A DNA stretch of 64,000 nt from assembly GCF_009914755.1 (NCBI RefSeq), contig NC_060928.1; one strand, 5' to 3'. The notes under the pieces are model-generated. The model searched no databases. It was given only the letters and a program-made list of their open reading frames with translations, and was not told where the DNA came from. The stretch is from the human T2T-CHM13v2.0 reference genome, Homo sapiens. Of this stretch, positions 46,883 to 60,273 are shown in pieces. The translations under genes and the position numbers were made by a program. Position 1 is the first letter of the stretch; each line of letters opens with the position of its first letter.

Positions 46883-47363
46883 TGTATTTGTTTGCCAGGC
46901 CTTCCATAACATGATACCATAGATGGCTTAAACAGAAATTTATTTTAAGCGGCAGCTTAAACAGAAATTTATTTTCTCACAGTTCTGGAGGCTGAATGTC
47001 CAAGATCAAGGTGCCAACAGGAATGGTTTCCTCTGAGGCCTCTCCTTGGCATGCAGATGGCTGCCCTCTTGCTGCCTCTCCTCATGGCATCCCTCCGTGC
47101 ACACACACTCATGCAGATGGCCGCCCTCTTGCTGCCTTTCCTCATGGCCATCCCTCTGAGCATGCACATCCCTGGTGTCTCTGTGTGTCCTATTTCCTCT
47201 TCTTATAAGGACACCAGTCAGATTAGATTAGGACCCAGTCTAATGGCTTATTTTCACTTAATCACCTGCTTAAAGGCCTTATCTCCAAACAATCACAGTC
47301 TGAGATACTGGGGGTTACAGCTTCAACATACGAATTTGGTGAGGACACAATTCAGTCCATAAT
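46883..47363 (-). mobile_element. MaLR LTR (MLT1A-C-like) inserted in a MIR, with an internal 60-bp tandem duplication
   Basis: aaatttattttctcacagttctggaggctg...acacaattcagtccataata; catgcagatggYYgccctcttgctgcct at 47050 and 47110. Confidence 0.8.
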
Positions 47364-48415
47364 AGTGGGACTGGGATTGAATCCTTGGTAGCCTCTCTCC
47401 AGAGTCTGTGCATTTAACCATTATGCTATAAAAACCCTGAACAAATTAGAACATATTTAGCACATTATGAGTTTCGCAGTGTGGCAGCCACTTTTAGCTG
47501 CCCATTCAATATCCATCTCAGCTCCTCCATGTTTTTTCTTGCCAACAGAGCCTCACTTTGATTCAGAGAGGCAACGTGACCAGCTCCAGCATTAAAACAA
47601 TCTTGGTAACTCCGCTCTCATTTGCTATTTATGCACTTTCTCAGGCTTTCTTGCATTTAGGGGTGGGTGCCATGTGCCCTGGTTCTACCCAATAAAAGGT
47701 CAGAAGAAGTGAGCTGGGAGACTTACAAAGACAGCAGGAGCTAAGAACTCATTGATACCGTATTTCCTCTAGGCAGGTATGTGGACCTGATCCTGGGGCT
47801 GTAACAGCCATCTTGGGACCATGAGAGGAGGTGTGTGAGGAGAACAGGCCAACACACTTGGGATAGCAGACCAGAAACAGGAGGAATGTGAGTCTGGGAA
47901 TTGCTACTTTTAGACATCTCATTATAAGAAGTCATGAAATATCTCTGCAACTGTTTTTTATAAAGAGCTTTACTGAGGTATAATTATACTTAGGCACCAT
48001 AAAATTCACTTGTTAAGTGTACAGTTTTAGTAGATTCACTGACTTGTGCAACCATCACAACAATCCAGTTTTAGAACATTTTCTATCACCCCAAAGAGAT
48101 CTCTCATGCTGGTTTGCTGCAAATCCCTGTTCTCACTCACAGCCTCAGGCAACACTAGTCTGCTTTCTGTCTCTATAGATTTGCCTTTTCTGGACATTTC
48201 ATAAAGCATCTATTTTTTTTTTTTTTGGTAGCTTTAAGTATTCCTAACTGTTATTCATGGCATGTGGATATGCAACTGCTGATGGAATCCACATTCAGGC
48301 AACAGCAAGAGTGAGGAAAAAATCATGGCCAACAATATGTTATAGTGGAAAGAGCCTCCAGTCCGGGAGAACCAGTTTTGGTCTCAACTATTGTCCTAAC
48401 AAGCTGTTTACCTTT

Positions 48416-48574
48416 TGTTTTTTTTAGAGACGGGGACTTGCTCTGTTGCCCAGGCTGGAGTGCAGTGGTATGAACATGGTTCACTGTAGCCTTGAACTAC
48501 TGAGCTTAAGCAATCCTCCCACCTCGGCCTCCAGAGTAGCTGGGACTACAGGCATGTGACACTATGCTTGGCTA

Positions 48575-48630
<56 letters not shown>

Positions 48631-48760
48631 CGTGTGTGTTGTGTAGAGACGGAGTCTCACCATGTTGCCCAGGCTAGTCTCCAACTCCTGAGCTCAAGCA
48701 ATCCACCTGCCTCAGCCTCCCAAGCATTGGAATTACAGGCGTGAGCCACCACGTCTGGCC
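48416..48760 (-). mobile_element. AluJ-like element with (TG)n in the central linker
   Basis: Antisense Alu arms separated by a (TG) tract at ~48577-48643; ctgtttRcc on both flanks. Confidence 0.9.
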
Positions 48761-50274
48761 CCTGTTTGCCCTTTGTAAATTTTTAAACTTCTCTTAGTTG
48801 ATTTTCCTCATCCATGAAATGAAAAGATCCTAATAAATAATTTTTAAGCTCCCTTCCATCTCTTGGATTCTAAGCTGTTTTTAAAGAAATAAAAGCAGTA
48901 TTTGAGTTATTTCAGATAAAACACTGTATCATTCAGCAAAAACTTAAGACCACTCCATGCTTCTAAAAATATAAACACTGAGTCATTTTTTAAGGTGTAC
49001 AATTCTACTAAATAGGATAACTGAGGGTGTTATGAAATGTCTGTCAAACACAGAGATCTGTATTGGTCAGGAAGATTATTATATGCAGAAGAAATGAATA
49101 AATTGTTGCAAAAGGGTCATGTTTATTCACCTCTTGTCAGAAGCAAGGGTGAAGAATGCTTAGAACATGTTAGAACAATGTACACATAGAACATGTTTAG
49201 AACTTGTTCTATGTATATATATATATTTACACATAGACATGAACACATCGTTTGTAAAAGGGATACTATGAATTGGAGTGTGTTGGGGGACTGCCCATGA
49301 TTGCAGAGAAATAGGATCATGTTTACTCTTAAAATTCTATTTGTTGCTGTCAATTTTTAAATGGTGTAATAATGGTTTTGTGGCTGCAGATAAAATAGAG
49401 TCCTCTGGGGTAATGGAACTGATCTGTACCTTCATCATAATGATGGTACACAAACCTATACACGTGTTAAAATTCATGTGTACACACCGAAAAGGCAGTT
49501 TTATGGCATGTTAATTTAACTAACTAAAATTTAAAAAATGCCCTTATCTTTTAGAGATACATATTGAAATATTCATGGATGAAATGATACAGTATCTAGC
49601 ATTTGCTTCAAAATAATATGGGAAGAAGGAAAGTGTTGGGTACAGATGAAACCAGATTGGCCATGAGTTGGTAATTGTTAAAACCAGGCTCATTATCCTC
49701 TCCAGGGGCTCATTATGCTCTTTTCTCTCTTTTTGTGTATGTTCAAAGATTTTCATTATAAAAAGTTAAAAATAAAAAGCACTGGAGAGCAAGACTAAAA
49801 TTCCTTCCTGCTTGCATGCTTAAAAGAAGCTTATTTTTCATTTCCAGACTGATGGCTCTTTCTAAGGTAAGGAGTTCTCCACATAGGCAAAGCAATAGGA
49901 AGAATACAGCATCTCTCTCTATAGTTTATGCACATTTCACGATATAGAAAGGGTTTTCTTCATGTATATGATCAGCTGGGCTGACTACATTTAAAAAATT
50001 ATCCTTACATCAAATCAGAACTAATAGCTACCATTTGTTGAGCACCTGCTTATGATAGTCATCAAAATAATCCTTCCAAAAAAAGATCTCAAATGTTTGC
50101 ACCACCGCCTCCCCACCAGAAGATATTATTCTCATTTTACAAAGGAGGAAAGCAAGTCTGAGGGGGACAGGTTAGTAGCTAGTATGTCTCATAAAGTGAA
50201 GTTAGAATGCAAATTTAGACCCCCTTCCAGAGCTGTGTTCTTGACCAGCAGGCAGTAGGGCTTCAGAGTGGACA

Positions 50275-50720
50275 CTGTCCTGAGCAGGATGCCTTTTAAA
50301 GGTTCTGCACACCCACTCCCCACTTCTCCATGCTTTTCTTCTAGGAGCTGTGATCTTTTTCAGAGGAGTCCCCAAGGGCTACTGAATTTGCTTTGCCCAA
50401 GTCTGGAGAGCCAAATGTACCCTGAGTGTACATCTGTCTCCAAAGCCAGTGACTGGCTGGCACAGGAGTACCGAAGTTCAGCTCCCTCGCCTAGACTGAG
50501 ACAAACTCTGAGGTATAATTACCTCTCCAGAGCTTCCCTGGGGGGATCAGGCTGCAGCAGAAGCTTCACCTGAAATCACACCCATGCTCAGCTTTTCCCA
50601 TTTCCCTGTCCTGCTTCCCACACTCTCTTACTGGTTTCTCTTGGGAGTATTTTCTTAGTAAGTCACTTGCCCATGAGCCCCTGTCTCAGGGACTGTTTCT
50701 TGGGAGCCCAAACAAAGACA
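50275..50720 (+). mobile_element. ERVL LTR (LTR16-like)
   Basis: 3' end cttagtaagtcacttgcccatgagcccctgtctcagggactgtttcttgggagcccaaacaaagaca. Confidence 0.65.
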
Positions 50721-51984
50721 TTTTTTTTTCCTATTTAGATGCAGATTGGTTGCTAACTAGTCTTATTATTATTCCGTACCTAGGAAGCATTTGTGAGAAT
50801 GTTTATGTGTTTTTATATATGTAAGCTCATATATACTTATTTTTTTGTATACAGTTACTGTAGTGACTGGAAATAGAAATGTCAAAGGAGGGACAAATAT
50901 GATGTCTATGAAGATCACACTGAGCCATAATAAGGATCTGGAGAATGTGCTCGTCCCTGTGTCCACTGGAGTACTCTAGTAGTACAGCCATATCACAATG
51001 GGCTTCCAGGTGCTATCCAAATACTGGCTGCTGAGCAAACACTGCTTTAACCCTTGAAGGTGGGGATGAGGGTTAGGAAGGGGGCCTGTTACGTGGGAAG
51101 AGGAAAGAAAGAATACGTTTTAATAAACGTAAAACCGGGTCTTCAAGGCTTCAAGAACAAGACAATGCTTTCCAATAAGCCCCTTGCCAGAAAGAAGGCA
51201 TTACATTTACAGAGGACAGAGCCCAGCTGTGCCCATCCTCAGTGAGAAAGGGATTTCAGTTTGTAAAGGAGTCTCTTAATTGTGGCGTATTAGCCACAGA
51301 AGAGAGTCTGGTTCTGTAGCTGAATTGGGTGAATTTATAGCTCAGTTGCATGACTTTTGAGCTGTGTGACTCTGGTACATTATTTTACATCTTTGAGCTT
51401 CTATTTCTTACTCTATAAAACAAGACAATAATAAGTACTTCACATTGTTATCAAGAGAATTGTATTAGATACATAAACTCTTAGAACATGATAAGAATTC
51501 AATAAGTGATCATTATTACAATTAGGGGAACTTCAAATTTCCTTCTTTGCATGTCTCTAGTAATGACATTGGGGCCAGAGAGATTGCAAGGAAGCTGGTA
51601 TACCCATATGTTGCTGGGGCAGGGAACATACACATCTTTTAAAAAGAAATATAGCAAACCAAACACCCTCCCAGACAAGTTAGTCTGGGCTTTATAGCAA
51701 TTTTCTCTTACCTATTTTATAGTTTACCATGGTATATTCTAATTTATTTGTCACTATATCTCTCTCCATCACCAAGAAGAGAGCTTTTTGAGGGCCAGGA
51801 CACTATTTTTGTCATTGTGTCTCCAGCACTTAGCAGCTGAAGCAGTAGATGCCCAGTTATTGTTGTTGAATAAAAGCGGAGCCTTAAGCCAGTATCAGCG
51901 CTTGGACAGAATTATTCTAAAAGAACCAAGCTAAAAGAAAAGAAGAATTTATGCAAACATGCCTAATGCAACCATATTTGTAAT

Positions 51985-52131
51985 AGAAGAAAGAAAGGGA
52001 GAGAAGAAGAAAGAAAAAGAAAGAGAGGAAGAGAGAAAGAGAGAAATAAAGGAAGGAAGGAAAGAAGGAAGAAAAGAAGGAAAGAAGGAAGGAAGGAGAG
52101 AGAAAGAAAGAGAGAAAAGAGTAAAAGAAAG
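51985..52131. repeat. Polypurine (GAAA/GGAA/GA) low-complexity tract
   Basis: ~147 bp almost entirely A/G. Confidence 0.95.
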
Positions 52132-54161
52132 ACCAAATTAAGACAGATGCCCATAGCAGGAGAATTTAAGTAATTTAATACATATCTAATCAATGATGAT
52201 TTTACAGAGCCATTAAAACTAAGAAAGTTTCTGTAGCAACATGGGGGAAATAATTACGATGAATTCTTAAAGAAAAATGAGAGAAAGATTTTTATTTGAA
52301 TAATGACTACAACCCTGTAAAAGTTACATGAATGTATATAAGCAGAGACAAGCGGGGGATGTGGACTTTGAAAATAGGTTATTTTATTGCAGTGATAACA
52401 CTGTGGATAAATTTTTTTAAAATTTAGCTTTCCATTAGTGTTGCTATTATATTTGTGTGGGGGAAGTTAAGTAACATTTTTAAATAAAAGAGAGTGGCCA
52501 ATCTTTCACTGCAGGGCTATGTCTAGTTTTTACAGAGCAATGGCCTCCCAAGATCCCTTCCAGCCCAGGCGTCTGGCATTTACCAGCTTCTAGTACAGGG
52601 CTCTGAGACTCCCAGAACAGCGCAGAAGCAATTGCTTATGCTTAACGTCTATGCTGTCAAAATCCAATGGAAAAATAAGAGCCACACTAAAGCAGAATCA
52701 ATATAAGTTGTGAAAGTGTTGACCCCTAACTCTAAAAGTACTTTCTAAACATTTACTGAATATCTGCTATACGCCAGTCACTCTTCTAAAGGCTAAGGAT
52801 ACAAAAGACGAGTAGTACAAAGTTCTTGCCCTCGAGGAAGTTCAAAGCCCAATAAGGAAAGGAGACAGCAAATAATCAGCTACAGTGTAATATGGTCAGT
52901 GCTAAGACAGAGCATGGAGCAGGTGCTGTGGGATGTTAATTAGGGCATGTTTGGTGCAAAGAATAAGAATTACTTCAAACTGGCTGGAATCAAGGAGGGC
53001 TTATTATAAGGATGTAGGAAAATGTCGTGGAATTCAAGGCAGGAAGTGCATTCTGGCCTCACAAGACCCAGGAGCTGGAACCTGAAATATCAGAAACCAG
53101 AGTAGCTAGTAGTCTGTCTCTATCTCCCCATCTTTCTCATTCCTTCTGGGGGTAATGGAGTCTTTTGTATCCATTTGCTTTGGCAGCTCTATTCCTCTCT
53201 CTCTTTCCAGATTAGTCCCATTGCTCTGTTTTTATGAGGCTCACCTTGGCTTCCCCCAAAAGGGCATCAAGCTCCAGCCTCTACATCATGCTCAGATCCA
53301 CCACTTACAGCTAATTAGACTCGCTGGGTCCCAATTCCAAATTACCGACAAAGATAATCTGATAGGTCAGTCCTGAGTCAGGCCCAAATGTGGTTGGGGG
53401 CAGGAGTCATGAAGCCTGCCGCCTGTTTAGCAAGGCCCATGAGCACAGACTTGCTGAGAAGGGGCAACACAAAAGCAGACAGTCTCCTTCACGGGAGAGC
53501 AAGGGACTTGACTTTGACTAGGGATGTTGCAGTTAAGAAGGTGGTTTTGAGTTGAGTTTTGGGGTGACAGTGAGGGGTTAGACTAGAATAGGGTGCGAAT
53601 TTCAAATATAATTAGGAAGTAGAATCAATAGACTTGATTGCATGATAGAAGGAGGGTTGTAAATGGAATTTCAATGTATCACATAATTGCCTTGGCTCAT
53701 CCTGTTTGCTAAGGAGCTGTTTAAATGTCACTGTCCTTGGACCCATCAGAGTTTTTTCCATAGTCAAACGCGATGAACTCCCACTTACTCAGCAATGGTC
53801 CCTTGTATTCATCAGCAATTCCAACTGCAGTAAGAGCAGACTTACAAGAAACAGTCTGATTCCTCAGAGGAATTCGAGACATCCATCTACAGTTTAAGTT
53901 TTCTGCTGCATAGCACATTCCAAGTTCACACACACACGCACACACATGCACACACAACAAGCACTTTCATGGAATGATGCATTGTATTTCTGTCTGGCTC
54001 TATATATCCTGTGTATTTTGCATAATGTATGGAATAAATTCACCACTCTATTACTTGAAGATAATTATAACTGGCTTATGTGGTATGTTATAGTCTGTGT
54101 ATAAAAGAAAACATAGCTGATTTATAAACAGTGATTGTATACACATGTATGTCTAAAATCA

Positions 54162-54493
54162 TTTTGGGTTTTTTGGTTTTTTGTTTGTTTTGAGACAGGG
54201 TCCCACTCTGTTGCCCAGGCTGAAGTGAAGTGGTGTGATCTTGGCTCACTGCAATCTCTGCCTCCTGGGATCAAGCGATTCTCCTGTCTCCAAGCGATTC
54301 TCCTGTCTCAGCCTCCTGAGTAGCTGGGACCGCAAGCACACACCACCATGCCTGGCTAATTTTTGTATTTTTTGGTAGAAATGAGGTTTCACCATATTGG
54401 TCAGGCTAGTCTCAAACTCCTGACCTCAGGTGATCCACCCACCTCAGCCTCCCAAAGTGCTGTGATTACAGGTGTGAGCCACTGCACCTGGGC
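54162..54493 (-). mobile_element. Alu (AluS-like) with a 20-bp internal duplication
   Basis: TSD taaaatcattttg; caagcgattctcctgtctc repeated. Confidence 0.92.
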
Positions 54494-55684
54494 TAAAATC
54501 ATTTTGTTTTGTTTTGTTTCTTAGCAGAGGAGGTGCCAGTTTACAAATCCTTATTTATAAAGCTTTTTGCACATTAGTTCTTTCCATTCCCATGGCCATC
54601 AGCCTAATTGAAGGTGTTACCATCTCATCCTACATTGTTGCAGTAGCTCCTAACTGACCATTCTATCCATGGCCACCAGACTTCACATCGTTAAGCGTCA
54701 CTTGCATGATGACACTCGCAGCTCACCAACCCTCTGTGTTCCCCTGTTAACTACCAAATAAAGTCCAAGTTCTATGTCCTAGCTTCAGCATCGTTAGAAT
54801 TTAGTGCCCAACAACCTTGCAAGTTCCTTTGCTACTCATCCATGGTTCAGCTGCATTGAACTATACTTTACCACCAGCTTCCTAAATGCACACAGATCTC
54901 TTCAACCCACACAGACCTTTCCTTCTGTCTAGAATAACTATTCTTTTCTCTTCTCCAACTCTCTAGCTGATGCCACTTTTTTCTACTGCATCTTTGCTAA
55001 TAAACTCAGCATATACTTATAATGTTTTATAAATTATATATATATAATTTTAAAATAGCCTGGCCACAGCTATTTTTTAGTAGGATTTCACCACTGCTCC
55101 TGCTCAGCAGTGTTGCTGCTGGCCCCCGTTTTATTGTACATAAATTCTACCCATCCCTTCTTTGTGCCTTTCACACCAGATTCAACATCCTGGGCAGGGG
55201 GTCTGGCAGGCTGAATTTAGTTTTTCTGTACATGCCCTGGCTTCTAAGAAAGAGGGAAGGAAATGGAGCCTCTTAGCCTCTGACTTTCCTTGAGGGGGTC
55301 AACAGTACCACGCACAATGAAGAATGTTCCTGCAAACAAAAGGTTTATCCAAAAAGACAGATATCAACTGCAACTTCTATTCACCCTTCAAGCCATGACT
55401 TTGATGTCACTTTGATGTCACTGTAAGAGGCTGATGTGAACTTCTCTCCTCTCCTTCCAGGAGGAGCCAGGGACTCTCTTTGGGATCCCAGAGCATTCTG
55501 GCCATTTCTCTATTAAAACATTATATTGCATTTTAAAATATGTGCTCTATCTTGAAAGTAATGTTCATTTTTGAAAATAGTCAAGTATTAAGTGTAAAGA
55601 AGAAAGCAAAAGCCCACTCATAATCCCATCATTAAGATTTGAGTTGTTTATCTTTACTCTTTCTTCTACTATACACATACATAA

Positions 55685-56024
<340 letters not shown>

Positions 56025-56574
56025 TGATGGCCTTATAATCTTTATGTTCATATTTTTATCTAGAAAGAGGTGGAGGCACTGGTATTTCCAGCTTTGCCTC
56101 CCCCTGCTATTAATACCTAGTACCGTGTTTGGCACATGGTTGGCTCTTACTTGCTAAGTCAATGGAAAAGCTCCCAGAGGACAGAAACCACATTTTGAGT
56201 CACTTTATATTTGATTTAGGACCTATTATATGATCTTGCACATATTTTAACCTAATGCTTTCAAATGAAATAATTCAAGTCATGTCAATCTTTTAAATGT
56301 TAAAGTTTTGGGGTATAGATATGTATTGTGTGTTCTCCTCCCTACACAAATTTAATAGTAAGACCAGGAGTATGAGTTACAGTAGCAGTGACAATGACAA
56401 TGGCCTTTGTTTCTGCTGTCTTACTAATGAATCACCAGAAACACTGAACCCTCCAAATTTCTCTTTCCCTCCCATTTGGAGAGCCAGACATTGTCTCATT
56501 GACAACCTTGAAGTTATACTTCCATAGCCATTTATCGTGACATTCAATGGTTAACTTTTTTCACTGCCCATGTA

Positions 56575-57030
56575 GAGTATTAGAGATGGCAGCAAATTCT
56601 TTGTCACTTTTGTTACTGAGAGATGGAAACTCTTTCTCCACCCCTCCGCTTATGATCTGGGCTTTGGTCAGTAGAATACAGTGGAAGTGATGCTATGCTG
56701 GTTCTGAGCCTTGCCATTAAGTGGGACCAGCAGCTTCCTCTTTTTCCCTCTTGGAATCCAGCTTCCATGCTATGAGGGAGCCCAAACAGCCACTTGGAGA
56801 GGCCAACAGGGAAGAGAGTCAAGGCCTGGGTCTACCGGCCCCAGCTGGCCAGCCAGGTGAGCACGCCAACTTGAAAGTCAAGTTGTCCCCAGGAGATGCT
56901 ACATGGAGAAACCTGAATTGTCCAGGCTAACGCAGACCTAACAGCAAAACTGCGACCAAATAAATGGTGGTTTTTTTTTAAGCCATTAAGTTTTGGAGTA
57001 GTTTGTGACACGGTAATACATAACTGAAAC
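56575..57030 (+). mobile_element. MLT1F/G/H-like LTR
   Basis: agatggcagcaaattctttg...taagccattaagttttggagtagtttgtgacacggtaatacataactgaaaca. Confidence 0.7.
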
Positions 57031-57963
57031 AGTTCCCGCAGTTAACCCTGCTTTTCTTCTAGAGGGAGGGGAGAGCTCTCTTGCCTCTAGGGCAAGAGCA
57101 GGAAACTTGCTCTTCAGTTTCTAATCTCTTCTGAGTTGGATAAAAGAACTCCTGAGTTCTCCAACTTTTAAATGTTTCGTTCTATAGAATTTCCATTTCT
57201 CAACAACTGACCAGGGTTTCTAGAGAGTTCTTAGGGCCTTCGACTTTGCCTTCCCACAGAGTAACCTCTCCAAACACCTAAGGCACTGCCCAAGAAAGTG
57301 AAAGAGGGAGGCCTCGATGGTCCCTTCTTGTTTAGGAGTCTTCATCACAGCTTCCTGGAGTTCTTCTTTCCCCCAAAAGATTCATCAGATCTCTGATTCT
57401 CAGGTAAGACTCCGCTTGCTCTGCCCTGGTAGACAAAGCTGGCTTCCTCTACATCCATATGTTAGCAACTTGCATGATATCCAGAGTGCCTTATTAACCC
57501 CAAGCAAACTTCCTAAACCTTCATTAGCTCATTGTAAAGCAACTCAATATCTCTCTCTTGGTTTTTGCTTTCCAGGCCTCTCAATTTCTTCTGCTGGATG
57601 CTTCGACTATCTGCTTTGAGTATCACTCCAGCATCTTAAATCAAGAGCTCTCTTCTGCTTCAGCAGCTCCCACGGTGCAATTTCCTCTTCCAATTCTGAA
57701 AAGCTGCAGCAGGATGTGCATTATCAGAGAATCCTGGGGATGGGGAGAACCTGGGGGGAACACTTAAAATGTTCCCCTGACTTCAGGCAGGACTGTGTGC
57801 ACACCAGAGTGGTAACAAAGAATTTAGGACCTAAAAATAGCTCAGGGAATACTTAACTTTCTATAAGACATCTGGGATTCTCTCCTAATTCCCAATTTAC
57901 CCCTCTTCTACCCTAATTCTCAAATCTCTAAGGCGGGGACTGAAACACTTATTAAAAACTCTA

Positions 57964-58326
<363 letters not shown>

Positions 58327-58409
58327 CTAGGCACACATCGATCTGAAATAAAGGGGTGGTAGTGGGCAGAGTCTTCATGAAACCAGCACCACTGTGAGGG
58401 CTTTTAGTT

Positions 58410-58533
58410 AGGGCAACCAATCCTCCAAATTGGGACACTTTTGAGAATAAAGAGGTTTGCTATTGATAATTATGCCATGGCAATAGTGATAAATTGGGGC
58501 TGTCCCAGCTAAATCAGGATGTACGGTCACCCT
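58410..58533. mobile_element. hAT-Blackjack-like MITE (MER81/MER94-like)
   Basis: Inverted ends agggcaacca / cggtcaccct; internal ttgggaca / tgtcccag. Confidence 0.6.
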
Positions 58534-58644
58534 ATATTTGGGAGCGGCTAAGAACGTGAGGTGGGGTGGGGGAGAGGAGGCAGGACTGCACTGAGAAGGA
58601 AAAAGAGTCCTAAAATACATCTCTTGTGTCCTCTGGTGCTTTTA

Positions 58645-58816
58645 GACCAATGGTTCTCATACTAAAATTGCCCGAGGAGGTTTTAAAAAATTATCAAGCC
58701 CTAGACCCCGACCTAGGCCAATTGCATCAGCACCTGTGAGGGTAAGAGCCAGGCATAAACATGTTTTGAGTGCCCCCAGGTGGCTTTAATGTATATCAGG
58801 GTCAGGAACCACTGTT
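58645..58816. mobile_element. MER5A-like hAT-Charlie
   Basis: caatggttctca...ccccaggtggctttaatgtatatcagggtcaggaaccactg. Confidence 0.7.
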
Positions 58817-58894
58817 CAAGGCCTCAGGGACAGTACTTAGACTCACAAGAGCCGACTGGTCCCTTTGGAGCCAAAAGACTCAAATCTACCTTAA

Positions 58895-59278
<384 letters not shown>

Positions 59279-60143
59279 AGATTTACTGCTTTCTGTAACA
59301 GGTAATATGAAGTCCTAAAGCAGGATGCATCTAGGCTTGGTTAATTCATTGGCTCAATGACATCATCAAGGACCTGCATTCTTCCGTCTTTTCCCTCTGT
59401 CATCCTAACTTGTTGGCTTTCCCCTGGGCTAGTTCCCCACATAGACACAAGAGGGTTTCCGCAGTTCTAGATCTCAGACGCAGGCATGAGGTCCAGAAGG
59501 ACTGTCTCATCTAAGACCTGGAAGACTTTCCTGGAAGCTTCTCCTCCCCCTCTCCCTTACCTTCATCTCTTGTTTCATTAGCCAGAACTGGATCATTTGC
59601 CCACCTCCGAAACAACCACCAGCAGAGAGAAGAAAATCATCATGATTGGCTTGGGCTATTCAGGGCTCGCCACTGAGCTGGGTGAGAGTCCTCTTCCCTG
59701 AGGGAGGGACACCTGGCAAATCAGTGTCCTGTTGGCAAAGAAGGAAGGGTGTATAGGAACCAACAATGTCTGCAGCACCTAACAGTGACCAAAGTCAGAT
59801 TGGTCTGTGCATAGGAATATCCACCCTAATGAGGTTGTTTTGAGGGGCAAATGAGATAGTGCATGCAAAAGTGCTTATGCTAAGTACTATTTTAAAAGAT
59901 TTTTTAAAATAATTCCATTTCACAGAAGGAAAAAACTAAGGCACAGGAAAATTAAATGTTGTTATCAAAGTTTACCCACGTTATCATGATCTGACTTGTT
60001 GGCCTGTGTTCTTCACAGGCGACTAGTGCTACTTGAAATATTCTTCAAGCACATCCCACAATCTGGCTTCCTGTAGCTCAGCAATGGGGTCTTCCAACAG
60101 GGGATAAGAATGAAGTACAATGTAAATATAAAATAGAAGCTGA

Positions 60144-60273
60144 TACTTGGGAGGCTGAGGCAGGAGGATTGCTTAAGCCCAGGAGGTGGAGGTTGCAGTG
60201 AGCCAGGATTGCACCACTGTACTCCAGCCTGGGCAACAGAGCTAGACCCTGTCTCTGAAAAAAAAAAAAAAAA
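60144..60273 (+). mobile_element. 5'-truncated Alu (right-arm end)
   Basis: tacttgggaggctgagg...ctgtctctg plus poly-A; aagctga on both flanks. Confidence 0.88.
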
